Positions 10,138 to 22,180 of a DNA stretch of 64,000 bases are shown in pieces (positions within the stretch are counted from its first letter, which is position 1; the number at the start of each line of letters is the position of its first letter). A model generated the notes under the pieces. That model worked only from the letters and a program-made list of their open reading frames with translations. It did not search any database and was not told the DNA's origin. The translations under genes were made by a program, and so were the position numbers. Source of the stretch: Psammoneis japonica (lineage: Eukaryota); NCBI GenBank assembly GCA_008632985.1, contig QPGO01000024.1, positions 372,001-436,000 on the forward strand. Reading direction: 5' to 3'.

Positions 10138-13041
10138 ATGTCGCTCAAGATGTTGCCTCATTCGCGGCCTTCATTATCCTCAATATCCTCTTCCCGACGG
10201 AAAAGCAAGAAAAGGCAGGGTTTAGTTTGCGTGGCGGCAAGTCTAGCAGCTGCGATTATTCTCTTTGGATGGTCTTTCCTTCTGAGAAGCACAAGTCGTA
10301 GCGGTGAAAGTCGGGGAGGGGCTGGATATTTGAAGCATCCTAGACGTAGACCTTTCCACCATACCAATGAAAAGAAGGGCGCCCATCGCATCGCTATAAT
10401 AATCCCTTTTGCGGGAACTGGTGTGGAATCCCTCCCTCCATATTTGGACTTATTTATATCGGCTGCAAATGGGTCTGCGGCCTTGGTGGATTTTATAATT
10501 GTACACAACGGCGCTATGAAGGACTACACTGAACCCTCGGACAATTCGAATGTGAAATTCGTTGATCTAGGATCGTCTGAGAACATGGCAAAATATTTAC
10601 TCCGCGTCATGGACAAAAGCAGCGAGACCAGTAAAATACCTCTGAAAAACCTGTCCGCCATGCTGGCACAACAAATAAGTCTGTACCCCTATGTACTGGT
10701 AGAATACAAACCAGCGCTCGGTCACATTTTTGCACAATATATTCCGAGAGAGAAGTACACTCATTGGGGATACTCGGATTTAGATATCATCATGGGCGAT
10801 CTGCCAAGATGGATCACACCCGATGAGCTGAATGATTTCGATGTCGTAACTTATGGCTATGGAGACCAGGACCGTGTCTACTTGCGCGGCCAATTCACTT
10901 TCCACAAGAATAATGACAAGGTTAATCAACTGTGGAGGGATTGCGAATACCTTTCCAGGATGGATGAACGTTTTGAAGGACTCTTGTCAAAGACGAATAA
11001 GAAAGGCTTCTCGTTAGAGTCAGCGGAGGGGTGTTATTCTGCTGCAATCCTCAGTAGATCCGATGTTTCAGTGAAGTATGCTGTTAAGGCATTCAATGAC
11101 ATATCTAAGGAAGATACAACGAATACCCATGGGGTCTATCTGGCGTTTGGGTCCGACCACAGTTCCTCCGTCATTTTCAAATACCACAGAAGTGGCCAAC
11201 ATACAACTCCACTTTTACCCTATGACTGGTTTGAACAACCAAACGATCCCTACCACAGCGATTCGCTGTTGCAAATGGAAATAGGTACAAGGACACAGTT
11301 GGTACTTACATCTGCAGAAAAGCAAAGAGGCGACGCCAAGAGCAAGAAGTCAAGGAAATGCATGTACTGGGCACAGGCTAAGTATCAAGAAGATATCTGT
11401 ATGACTGGCAAAATGAAATCGACAGATACGGTCTTTTGGGTCAATGGTAAAATGTACAAGCAGCCTTACCAAAACATGCTGCCGCAACGGGAGCATCACC
11501 CAAACGTGGAAACGGCGCCCTTTTTTCACTTTCAGGAGTGGAAACGTTACTATAGATCGATGCAGCTTTCATCTTGTCATCGACACGGCATGGCTGTTGC
11601 GTGCATGTTGACGAAGGAAGGCAGCATCCCGTTGTTTCCAGCAAGGCCAACGCCTCTAAGAAGTGGTATGTCGGCATCCCCGCGAACTTATCGTTTTTAC
11701 CGATGGAAAGGAGGAGAAAACGTACGAGAGCAGCTTCCTACAAGACAGTACTGTTTACAGTCGGCCCCGAGAAAGTATCCCCCAAAGCCACCATCATCAG
11801 AGTGTAAATGGTCGATATCTTGGCGGGACGTTGAACTTCTGAGCAACGCTCCCGCATGGAATCACATCGACGAATCGAAGGACATCACGCTTACCTTGAC
11901 ACTGCAAATTTCTAGTTTGGAAGCTAGCTCTCACGATTCGCTCAACAATGTGCTAGATGTATTGGTAGCAAATGCTGTCCAATGGCGAAAAGGGAAAAAG
12001 CCCTGCGTTGTCGTCATTCATGTGTCGGGCGCCACAGACGAAATAGTTGAGTCGGTTCGAGGTCGATTCGAGGAAAGTGGCGACTTATGGATCATGTCCC
12101 TGGTTGGTGTTATTTTCAGCGATGGTGAGGAAATGAGCAGTCGCAAGTCTCTTCTCAACATGGCGCGTGAGGCTGTACCGACGCGATGGATGATCACTGG
12201 CATTGAGCTTGAACGAGGCTTAGTTTTGTCAAGAGAAGCTTACCAGTTCAGTCATGCAAGTACTTCAATGTTCGATGATACACAAGGGACGATAATGATG
12301 ATCCCACAGTTCTCGGTGTCGTCTGAAGAAGACAGCAAGACTAGCAGCGATCAAGATGCGGTTCTCGGATCGTCCTTGTCCGTTTCTACTCTTCTGCAAC
12401 AACATGAGAAGGGCGGTGTTCGTGGACCGGATGTACTGAATTGTGGGTTCTGTGAAGATGGCGAAGGCAATACTCATGCTTCGATCGATAAATTATACGA
12501 CCTCTGGCATGTCATGACGTCAGATCAAACAGAGGGTGTACTGTCAGGCGAGGAGGAAGCGGCTTCTGTTGCATTGCAAATCGAGGAGTTTCAACAAACC
12601 ATCACCAGCTTCCTTGCTGTGGATGATCTAAAGGAAGTTGGCTTGATGAACATATCACCCATTATATTACTCGACAATGTGGGTCCACATGTCGGTATGC
12701 GCACAGTGGAGATGGCGCGGGAGGTTGAAGAGTTTGGAGGCATGAAATGCTACAACGGCTTGTGGCTTGCACAGCTTGTCACGTTGGGATACACTGTCCA
12801 ACTTCTGCCAGGAGCCTTTGCGGCATCGTCAGTTTCGTCAAGGCGTGTCGCCTGTAGGCGTTTGTCATCCGATGGAGTAGCTGGTACCTCTCGTTGTGAT
12901 GGATGTTTCATGTTTGACGAGGGCCATTCGAATATTTTGAACGCAATCGCACGAGATGAACGCATTAGACCTGCCAAAGCAGCAGTCTTGTTGCACGCGA
13001 CAGGAGCGACTTCAGCATTGTCACAGGATTATTATAGTTAA
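10138..13041 (+). CDS. Type II membrane putative glycosyltransferase (DUF6625-like N-terminal domain, possible degenerate second GT domain)
   Basis: Basic N-tail plus one TM helix; IAIIIPF, EYKPALG, YTHWGYSDLDIIMGDL (DxD); 2.9-kb uninterrupted ORF. Confidence 0.65.
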   Translation: MSLKMLPHSRPSLSSISSSRRKSKKRQGLVCVAASLAAAIILFGWSFLLRSTSRSGESRGGAGYLKHPRRRPFHHTNEKKGAHRIAIIIPFAGTGVESLPPYLDLFISAANGSAALVDFIIVHNGAMKDYTEPSDNSNVKFVDLGSSENMAKYLLRVMDKSSETSKIPLKNLSAMLAQQISLYPYVLVEYKPALGHIFAQYIPREKYTHWGYSDLDIIMGDLPRWITPDELNDFDVVTYGYGDQDRVYLRGQFTFHKNNDKVNQLWRDCEYLSRMDERFEGLLSKTNKKGFSLESAEGCYSAAILSRSDVSVKYAVKAFNDISKEDTTNTHGVYLAFGSDHSSSVIFKYHRSGQHTTPLLPYDWFEQPNDPYHSDSLLQMEIGTRTQLVLTSAEKQRGDAKSKKSRKCMYWAQAKYQEDICMTGKMKSTDTVFWVNGKMYKQPYQNMLPQREHHPNVETAPFFHFQEWKRYYRSMQLSSCHRHGMAVACMLTKEGSIPLFPARPTPLRSGMSASPRTYRFYRWKGGENVREQLPTRQYCLQSAPRKYPPKPPSSECKWSISWRDVELLSNAPAWNHIDESKDITLTLTLQISSLEASSHDSLNNVLDVLVANAVQWRKGKKPCVVVIHVSGATDEIVESVRGRFEESGDLWIMSLVGVIFSDGEEMSSRKSLLNMAREAVPTRWMITGIELERGLVLSREAYQFSHASTSMFDDTQGTIMMIPQFSVSSEEDSKTSSDQDAVLGSSLSVSTLLQQHEKGGVRGPDVLNCGFCEDGEGNTHASIDKLYDLWHVMTSDQTEGVLSGEEEAASVALQIEEFQQTITSFLAVDDLKEVGLMNISPIILLDNVGPHVGMRTVEMAREVEEFGGMKCYNGLWLAQLVTLGYTVQLLPGAFAASSVSSRRVACRRLSSDGVAGTSRCDGCFMFDEGHSNILNAIARDERIRPAKAAVLLHATGATSALSQDYYS

Positions 13042-16000
13042 GGTATTCAATACGAAGCGTCATTGGAAGGTCGAGGGTCGACCAGAACTTATAATGTAAG
13101 TAACAAAGAGAATAGAAGATAGAGAAAATCAGTTTTAGATGAACATGGCTCCTGCTTACTCAAGACCCGAGCTATTAAAATGAACGATCGATCTATAATC
13201 TACAATCAAACAAGACCTTTCCTTGAAACCTGGCCGAGCTACCTAATGTGAATGGTCAATTCACGACGCGACTCCCGCAAGAATCATCGCCCCCTCCCGC
13301 ATTTCCCCCCGTTTCTTTCTTCAAGATTTATCGTGACCAAGCTCAAAAATTCGTCAACCAGCTAACACCGAGCTCTTTCAACAGCTCTTCGTGAGAAACC
13401 ACACTTAAACTGAGGTCTTTGTCAACAACTGGAGAATGCATGATGGAAGCTCCACGAGCTTGCAGCGGGGGGGGGGGGGGGGGGGCTTGTCAAGTGACTC
13501 CTCCTCTTCCTCCTCTTGATTCAGCACATCATGGACCCTGGAACTGAATGTTGCCTCCTCAATGAAATGCTTTTCTCCAAAGCCACTGTTGCAGCTCCAC
13601 CAGAAAATGGCCAGAGCATCACCAAACATCCAACTTGTCATTGAAATGAAGCTGTGGAAACATCGGCCAGCTCTAAACAGTCTTTGTCAAGAACAAGTGG
13701 GCTTCATCTTGTGTCTGAAAGAAGAGCAGCAAAGAACGGGACTCTGTCCACAAGAACAACAGGTGCAAAGTTGGGTGCTGCAAGGCATTTTCTTCCCACA
13801 AAAACATGGTGCCAACACAAGAGGTGGTCAAAGTCATGGTCTTGACCAAAGTCAGCATCGTTTGCTTCCCACCGTGTGCCACAAAAACACATGCCCTTGA
13901 CTCACTGCAACTGGAGTGCTGTTAAGAATTGACTCATTTGAGACACATGGACAAACATTCTGACATTGTTCTGCAGCCCACCCACCAGTCAAAAGACTTG
14001 CAAGTCCTTGCCTTTTGTTGACAACTGCCCCAAAGACATTTTTGATGAGAGGAAGAGCACATCATGGAAGAACAAGATTGCATCTTTCCATGGCAAGTGC
14101 TGATGAAGGTTCAGTGCATGATTGATGGCAATGTGAGTTTGTGGCAATGAGAGCAAGAAGACAAGAAATAAAAAGAAGGCACAAGAAATGTGGCCAAATG
14201 TGTGCAGTCCAGCACCTGCACTGTCTTGTGCACACAAAAAATGGTTTTGGGTCACTCTCAAATTCACAACATTTTCAGTGTTGTGTGTGGTGGAATGGCA
14301 TGAAATCAAAGGTGTTCATCATGCCTCATCATCCAACACGCACCACTCTGATTTTTGCATGGTGAGACCAAACCAGGTTTGCAAACCTTTGCATGTGAAT
14401 CATTGCACTTGTTGTGTCATCTCTGATGATGCCGAACAGCCCATGTCAAAACATCCATGTCCAACAATGAAAGAAAAAACTTTGTGCTTGTTGTCAAATG
14501 ATGCCAGCACAAGATTTTGTGAGCATTTGCTGCTGCAGTGTGAGCCCCACCCTGGTGTGTTGCCCACCTCACAAAGCAGTGCTGGAGCAGTGCCAACCCA
14601 TGTTGAGTCCAAACCAAGTGCTGCCTGCAGGGCCTGTGGCAATGGCGTGTTGACGGTGCTTCTTTGTCTGGGAAATGTTGTGGCTCTTGTTCAGAGTTCA
14701 TGTTTGCTTGACAAGAATGCTGTGTTCTTAACAAGTGCCAATTGATCATCATGTGCAAAGCATCTTTGACAATTGTTTTGTGACCTTCCAAGCAGGGTTC
14801 AATGCTTGGAACAAATGAGTCCAGCTCTTTGTTCAATCTTGACAAGATTGCAACCACAATGATTTTGAAAATGATTTGGCTCACATCTGCAATTAAAGTG
14901 ACCTTCCAAGCAGGAAACAACAATGAATGAAACTTGTGACTTGCAATTGTTTGTTCTTGACAAGGGTGCAATTGCGACTGCTTTCTAACACATTGCTCAT
15001 TTCTGACAATGACAACATTCATTTGTCTCATTGAGATGCTTGCACATTTGCTGTGTGCTGCTTGTGATGTGATTTGTGCCAGATGTGTTTTGATCATTTC
15101 TGTGGTGAACGTGTTTTTGCTCCCCGTTTCCTGCTCTTCCCTCCTTGGCTTTGTCCTGTCTCCTGCCAGTGCTCCCATGCCACAGCAACGGTGTGACATT
15201 TCACTCATTGTGCTGTCCCTTGCAGCTGCTCTTGCTCACCACAACCATGTTGTTTGTTCCATGTTGTGACCCTGTCTCTTTTGCTTGTTTTGTGTGCCAG
15301 ATTGCCAAAGCTTTGCCTGCAAAGAAGAGAAAAGAGCTTGCAAAAGATCAGAGCATTGCATGTGTTTTGTTTTGAATGGGTTTGGCTTGGTGCAAACTGT
15401 GTTTCTGCTCACCTTTGTGCGCGACCTTGTCTCTTTTGCATTTTGCACTGATTTGCTAAAGCATTGCCTGCAAAGAAGAGAAAAGAGCATGCAACAGATG
15501 GGAGCATTGTGTGTGTTTTGTTTTGAATGTGCTTGGTGTGCAATTGCTGTTTCTGCTCACCTTTGCATGGCCCCTTCAGGGTCATTTTTCCTTCTGGCTC
15601 CCCTCACATGTCAACATGTCTGAGTGGAAAGATTGGCAAAAGTGTCAGTTGTTTGCATTGTTGCCCAAGCTCTGTGCACTTGCTGACTCAGTCCTGCCTC
15701 TCTCTCACCTTGTGCTCTGCATTGTGCTCCTTTCCCCCTCTGCTCTTCTGTTGCCTTCCCTCACAGCTGCCATTGTCACAGTGTTGGATGAGTCTTGTGT
15801 TTTGTGTTTGTGTCTTGTGAGGAAATGATGATTTGTGCTTTTGCAGCAATGTTGAGCCCATCTGCCTGGTGATTCCTGTCAGCATTGCTTTTTGGTGCCA
15901 ATCGCATCAGATGCCCGTTTGCAGTTTTGGATGTGGGCCGCAATTTTTTTCAAATCTTCAACAACAGAGATGATTGGTGAACAGACCCCACAGTCAAATT

Positions 16001-16859
16001 CTCCACACACCCAAAAACACAGGAATCAACACTTCAGCTGTTTGAAAAAGACCCACTGGTTGTTGTGGTGGCCTCTAAAATGTGCTTGCATTTTCATGCA
16101 ATTTTTTGCCAATTTCTCCCTCCACCATGGCGGACCCGACGGCTGGCCCCACCAGGGAAGGACATTCATTCCAACAACCTTGGATGCCTCACAACATCAT
16201 TGGGGAAATGCAAGATGCATCAGAGTTGCTTGCAGTGACAACAGACATGCCTTTTTTGCCTGTTCAAGACATGCCACAAAATGCAGTGTCACAGTCTGCT
16301 GCCAAAGCATCATCTGTTCAGGCACATGACCCCCCTCCAAGTCTTCCTGCTGTGGACAGCTGCCAGTGGTCAAGAGAGCTCAAGTGTGGCTCAGCTTTGC
16401 CTCTTGCCCAGTCTGCCCTTTTTGGGTCTCATTCAAGGGGCACTCTTGGAACGCAACAAGAAAGATTGATTGTGCATTGGTCTTTGGGAAAGGACAGTGC
16501 AGTGTTGATGTTCAGCAGCAACTTTGGGTTTGTTGTTGTTTGGATTGTGTCACATCCCTCCTTTCCAACATTGATTTTTCCCACAAAAAAAAAAACAACA
16601 AAAAAGCTTTGTTTTGTGAGAATTGAGGCCAATTTGCAGCCCACAAGAGCCCAGCAGGAGGAGCCCTCAGAGAAACCAAGACTCTGCCACTGGAGCTGCT
16701 GCAGCACCGGCTGACAATCCCAACCCAGCAACTGCTGCCACTGCCACTGCCTCCATCAACAATGAAGCTGCTGCCCACCAGGCCAATGTGGACGGTGTCT
16801 CCTGCTCTCCAGCCACTCCACCCAAAATCTTGAATTTCTCCTCATGCATTGGCACAAAA

Positions 16860-18980
16860 TTCCCATGATTGTTGTTGCATCCCCTCCTGGCACCCAATGG
16901 AATCTTCCATGGCCTTGCAAGACAACTGATCACTTGTGCTGTCACACAGATGGCTCCCTGGTCTCTGTGCAGGTGTGGTGGCTGGGCCAAAGCCAGTCAT
17001 GTCAGAAAGAAAAGGACCACATTGACACAAAACAAGGCCTTTGCTCCCCAACCAAGGTTGTTGTCTCCCCTGGGACACAATGGAGTCACCCAAGGCCATC
17101 CAAAGATGACAACTGGGCACTTGCACTGTCACACAGAAGGCTCCCTTGTCTCTGCAGGTGGGGTGGCCAGGCCAAAGCAAGCAACAAATCACATCAGAAA
17201 GAAAAGGGGTTGCATCATTGGCCCAAGACAAGGCTTTTCCTTCCAAGCCATTGATGTTGTTGCCTCCTCAGGGACCCCATGGAGTCTCTTGTGCCCATCC
17301 CAAGACAGCTGAGTGCTTGCACTGCTGCGCGAAGATGGCTCCCTTGTTTTTCATGCAGGTTGGTTCTTGGCTGGGCCAACCCAGTTGTGTCAGAGAGACA
17401 AGGTGCCACATTGACACAAGACAAGGCCTTTGCTTCCCAGCCATTGTTGTTGTTGTTGTTGTTGTGTCCTCTGGGACCCAATGGAGTCATCAAAAGCCAT
17501 CCTAAGACAACTGAGCACTTGCGCTGTTGCACATGCAGTTTTCTCGTCTCTGCAGATGGGGTGGATGGGCCAAAGAACCCAGCTGTGTCAGAGAGACAAC
17601 GGCTGCATGGACAAAAGACAAGGCCTTTGTTGCTTCCCAGCCATTGTTGTTGTTGGCTCCCCTGGGATCCAATGGAGTCATCAAAAGCCATTCCAAGACA
17701 ACTGAGCACTCACACTGTTGCACAGATGGTTTTCTTGTCTCTGCAGGTGTGAGGCGGCTGCAACAAACCCAGTCATGTGAGAGGGACAAGGTGCTGCGTT
17801 CACAAGACAAGGTCTTTGCTTCCCAGCCATTGTCATTGTCGGCTCTTCTGGGACACGACAGAGTCACCAAAAGCCATGCAAGACAACTGAGCACTTGCGC
17901 CATTGCACAAATGTTTTTTTTGTCTCTGCAGGTGGGGTGGCTGTGCCAAACTTAGTTGCGTCAGAAAGACAAAGGGCTGTGTGGACACAAGACAAGGCCT
18001 TTGCTTCCCAACATTGTTGTTGTTGCATCTCTGGGATTCCATGGTGCCATCCCAAGACAACTGAGCACTTGCACTCTGTTGCACAGATGGTTTTTTGTCT
18101 CTGCAAGTGGGGTGGCTGGGTCAAACCCAGTCATGTCAGAGAGACAAGCTTCTGCATTGACACAAGACAAGGCCTTTGCTTCCCAACCATTGTTGTTGTT
18201 GCATCTCTGGGACCCAAAGGGAGTTCTCCAAGGCCATCCCAAGACAATGGAGCACTTGCACTGTCACACAGATGGTTCCCTTGTCTCTGCAGGTTGGCTG
18301 GCTGAGCCAAAGCCAGCCATGTCAGATGTCAGAGAGACAAGAAGGTGCTGCACTGACACAAGACAAGGCTTTTGCTTCCCAGCCATTGTTGTTGTTGCAT
18401 TTCTGGGACCCAATGGAGTCATTCAAGGCCATCTCAAGACAACTGAGTGCTTGCTCTGTCACACAGATGGTTCCCTTGTCTCTTGTCTCTGCAGGTTGGC
18501 TGGCTGAGCCAAAGCCAGTCATGTCAGAGAGACAAGAAGGTGCTGCGTTGACACAAGACAAGGTCTTTTGCTTCCCAGCCATTGTTGTTGTTGCATTTCT
18601 GGGACCCAACGGAGTTGTCCAAGGCCATCCCAAGACAACTGAGTGCTTGCACTGTCACACAGATGGCTTGGCTCCCTTTTTGTCTCTGCAGGTTGGCTGG
18701 CTGGGCCAAAGCCAGTCATGTCAGAGAGAGACAAGGTGCTGTGTTGACACAAGAAGAGGCCTTTGCTCCCCAACCATGGTTGTTGGCATGCCCCTGGCAA
18801 CCCACTGGACTCCTCCAATGCCACACCCATCCCAAGACAACTGCACACCTCCTTTGCTGTGTCTGTGGGCCTGATGCTTCCACACCTTGTGCAGGCAGCT
18901 GGGCATCTTCTTCTTGTTTGTGGAGGAATCACACAAGGGACTGCTGCTGCTGCTGCTGCCCAAGACAAGGCTTGTGGCTT
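16860..18980. repeat. Tandem array of ~175-197 bp units, about 11 copies
   Basis: Anchor acaagacaaggcctttgcttcccagccattgttgttg recurs near 17030, 17225, 17420, 17615, 17805, 17990, 18165, 18360, 18555, 18750 and partially 18960. Confidence 0.9.
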
Positions 18981-21261
18981 CCCAAATCAAAAATGCAAAG
19001 ATTCCGCCATTGGGCCAACCCACTCAACAATGCAGACTGAGTGCATTTGGGGTGCATGTCACACAGGCAGCAACTCAAACCAATGTGCATTGATGGTGAT
19101 GGCAATGATCTGGCTTGGCATTTGGCAAATGTTTGCTGGGACATGGGGACACAACCACCACATGCTCCATTTTAGTTTCTCAGGTGATGCTGGCTTGTGC
19201 ATCATGCACCGTCCACCTGGCAAGCCTGTTGCTTTCATTGGAGACACCAAGGCATGTGTCATCAAACTCACCACCAGAACAAGCCCCTTGGAACTGAGGA
19301 TGTGCAGCTGTGCAGACAAACTCTGGCCATTGCTTTCATTTGCAGTGATGGTGACAGGGAAGAAGACAAAACATTCTTCCCAGTCTCTGTCATTTGGCGA
19401 TGGCTTTCCAAGCAGCCATGCCATTGCTCACTTCATGAGATGCAAAGACCATGCCTTGGTGGTGAGTTTAAATCCAAGCAACTCTTCCTGCTGTTCCCGG
19501 TGCAGCACTGGGGGTGTGCTTGCCGAAGTTGCAATCAGGGCTCAGGTCAAAATGGAGAAAGAAGAGCACTGCAAATGCCTTTGAAAACATCTTTGGAGAG
19601 CACACTTCTTGTTTTTGTCATTGTCACACATCCAACCATGACACCAACAAAGTGAGTTGCAATGACAGGGGTGCGCCATTGTTGTTGGCAGTGCATGTCA
19701 GATTGGAGGATGTGACAACAAAGTGGATTGCAACAGGGGTGCACCATTGTTGTTGGTGGATGTTAGATTGGAGGATGAGTTGCACAGTGTCCAGCAGGAA
19801 AAAAGGACAGGTGCAGCAGCAGAGACACAGCAAAACAAAGGCAGAGAGCTGACAAATGGAAGGAAAAGGAAACAAGTGAAGCTGTTCTTGAGAGGTTTAA
19901 AATGAGGACAAAATGAGCCACACATGCAACTCAAACAAAGAGAGAGATCTCATGAACAAATGAAGCTGTTCTTGACAAGAGTTCAAAATGAGGACCAAAT
20001 GAGCCACACAGGTGACTCAACATGATGCTTTTGGGTCACGTCCATGCACAGCCATTTCTGTGATTTTTGACAAAAATGCTCACAACCCACAAAATCAATT
20101 CTTTTTTTTTCCAAGATGCAGACACAAGATGCAACTCAAGTTGACCATGGGGTCAGTTGTGGTGGCAACAATGTTTGACACCAAGTGCAAGAAACACCTG
20201 GAGAGTGTGTCAAAGCATCATTGTGATCACAAGGTGTGTTTCCTGAAGAAAGGCATCTTCACTCAATGCACTGAATTTCGTTTCTTCTGCATCTGACACT
20301 GCAGCAAATGTTTTGAAGGTCCAAAGTGGAGTGCACTCTGTGGACACCCATGACTTTGACAATGCATTTGACAAAGATGACAGAGAAAGGCATGCTCTCT
20401 TTCTTTGGTTTTGTTTTCCATGTCAAAAACAAAAGCAAGTGCAGAAATCCTTGCTTGTCACAAGGATCATCTGCAACAATCAAATTCACTCAATGTCTGT
20501 GTGTCAATCCATCCAAAAGCGTCAATCAATGGCTCAAATGCCACACCCTCTGTGACTTGATGAGACTTTCCTGGGCAGTTGTCAGGTGTCAAAAGTTTGT
20601 GCAAAAGTTCCCAAGGAGTCGCAAGCAGTTGGACATCAGATCCTGCAAACATGCCAGCTCTGGCCAAATTGATTGGGAGCATGGCTTGAACTGTTCATGT
20701 TGTCTGCAAAGAGGCATTTTCAAGTGGTCTCTGCTTGAAAGATTGGGTTCAAACTGCAAAAAATGCCACTGGTGACAATCAAATGACATGGCTGGCCAGA
20801 GCCCTTCTGTTGCACACCCACTTTCATTTTGTTTTGCACGCACTGAAGAATGTGCAGTTTGTTGACAATGTGGGTTGAATGCTGCACAATTGTCAGGAAG
20901 CATTTGCTGCACAAAAGGACATTGAATGTGAGCAATCACAAGAGTTGACAAGCACAATCAGTGCCATTTGACCACAAAAGGTGGGTTTGAGGACTTGGTG
21001 AGTGCACAGGCAGTTCTCTCTGCTGGGCTCCAAGCACTGGAGATCATTGCTGGGCCAGTGCTTGCAATGGCCAGCTGCAACTGGGAATCCTCTCCCATCT
21101 TGCAAATTGTCTGCTGTGACTGACCCACCCAACAAGAGAATCTGCAGTGCAGTCATTGGACCCCCTTCTGCTGCAATCTCCAAAAAGTGTGTGCATTGAA
21201 GGTCCAAGCACTGTGAGCATCATCCACATGCTGGAGAAGTCAAAAAAGCCAATGAGCATGA

Positions 21262-22180
21262 GACTTGTTCCAGACTTAGGTGCACTCACGCGCGAAAAAA
21301 TGACCCTTTTTGCATGAAACGCGCGGTCCACACTTGCGGTACCATTTTCGATAGTAAAAACATAACAATTTACAAATGTGTTGTTATGGGTACATACAGA
21401 ATTGTCTTGTGCGTGTACCCCATGTATTCGAAACTGTTGATGGACTCGGTTGTTAGTCGCTAAATTGTACCGTAAGTTGAGAGCTCGAATTTTCCGATGA
21501 GCGATTTATATATGCCTAAATGTAACAAGAAACATATAAAATAAAATTAATATATATAAATTAAGTCTTTGACATAGCATAATTAATATTTTGTTTATAT
21601 ACGCAAATACGAGTTACACTCAACGGATCGAATAAAGCATACGTTGATTAATAAGTTTAGGACGACGTGAGAAGAAGTGTAGCTCAGCCCACGCAATGGC
21701 GTCGACTTCGGACCATTTTTCACGGTTTAAAAGGCATAAACGATTGATACACTTGAATCAGTCGAATATATTGAGGAAATATACATGGTAATAGAAAAGA
21801 AATGGTCCTTAGAGGCAAATTGTGAGTGAATAGAGGCTCAATTGTTGTTGCTGACAGATTTAGCATTATTGTGCCGCGCTGCAGCCTTCAACAAGCATTT
21901 TCACTATTGTTGTTGATGACACAGACTATATCAAATACGGAGATCCTGGTCATGACATTCAATTTTCCATAAGGCTGAAAAAAGTGGGCCGTCATGGTCA
22001 CTGAAAAGCCATGGCCGGTTTGGCTGTTTGTTTGTTCGAGTTTATTCTGTTTATTTTACTTAGAAGCCATTGATATGATCAATTTTATTAAATATGTACG
22101 GTGTTCAATAAAGCATTTTAAAAAATTATTTTTTCTGCGAAAAGGGGCATGTGCGCGCCCACCTAAGTCTGGAACAAGTC
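21262..22180. mobile_element. Non-autonomous TIR DNA transposon (MITE-like), 919 bp
   Basis: Perfect 21-bp TIRs GACTTGTTCCAGACTTAGGTG (21262-21282 and 22160-22180), 4-bp direct repeat ATGA on both sides (21258-21261, 22181-22184), subterminal similarity, AT-rich interior with no transposase ORF. Confidence 0.9.

Noticed and set aside
16860..18980. CRISPR-like array
   Set aside because: Whole ~190-bp units are homologous, with no unique spacers and no cas genes; eukaryotic context
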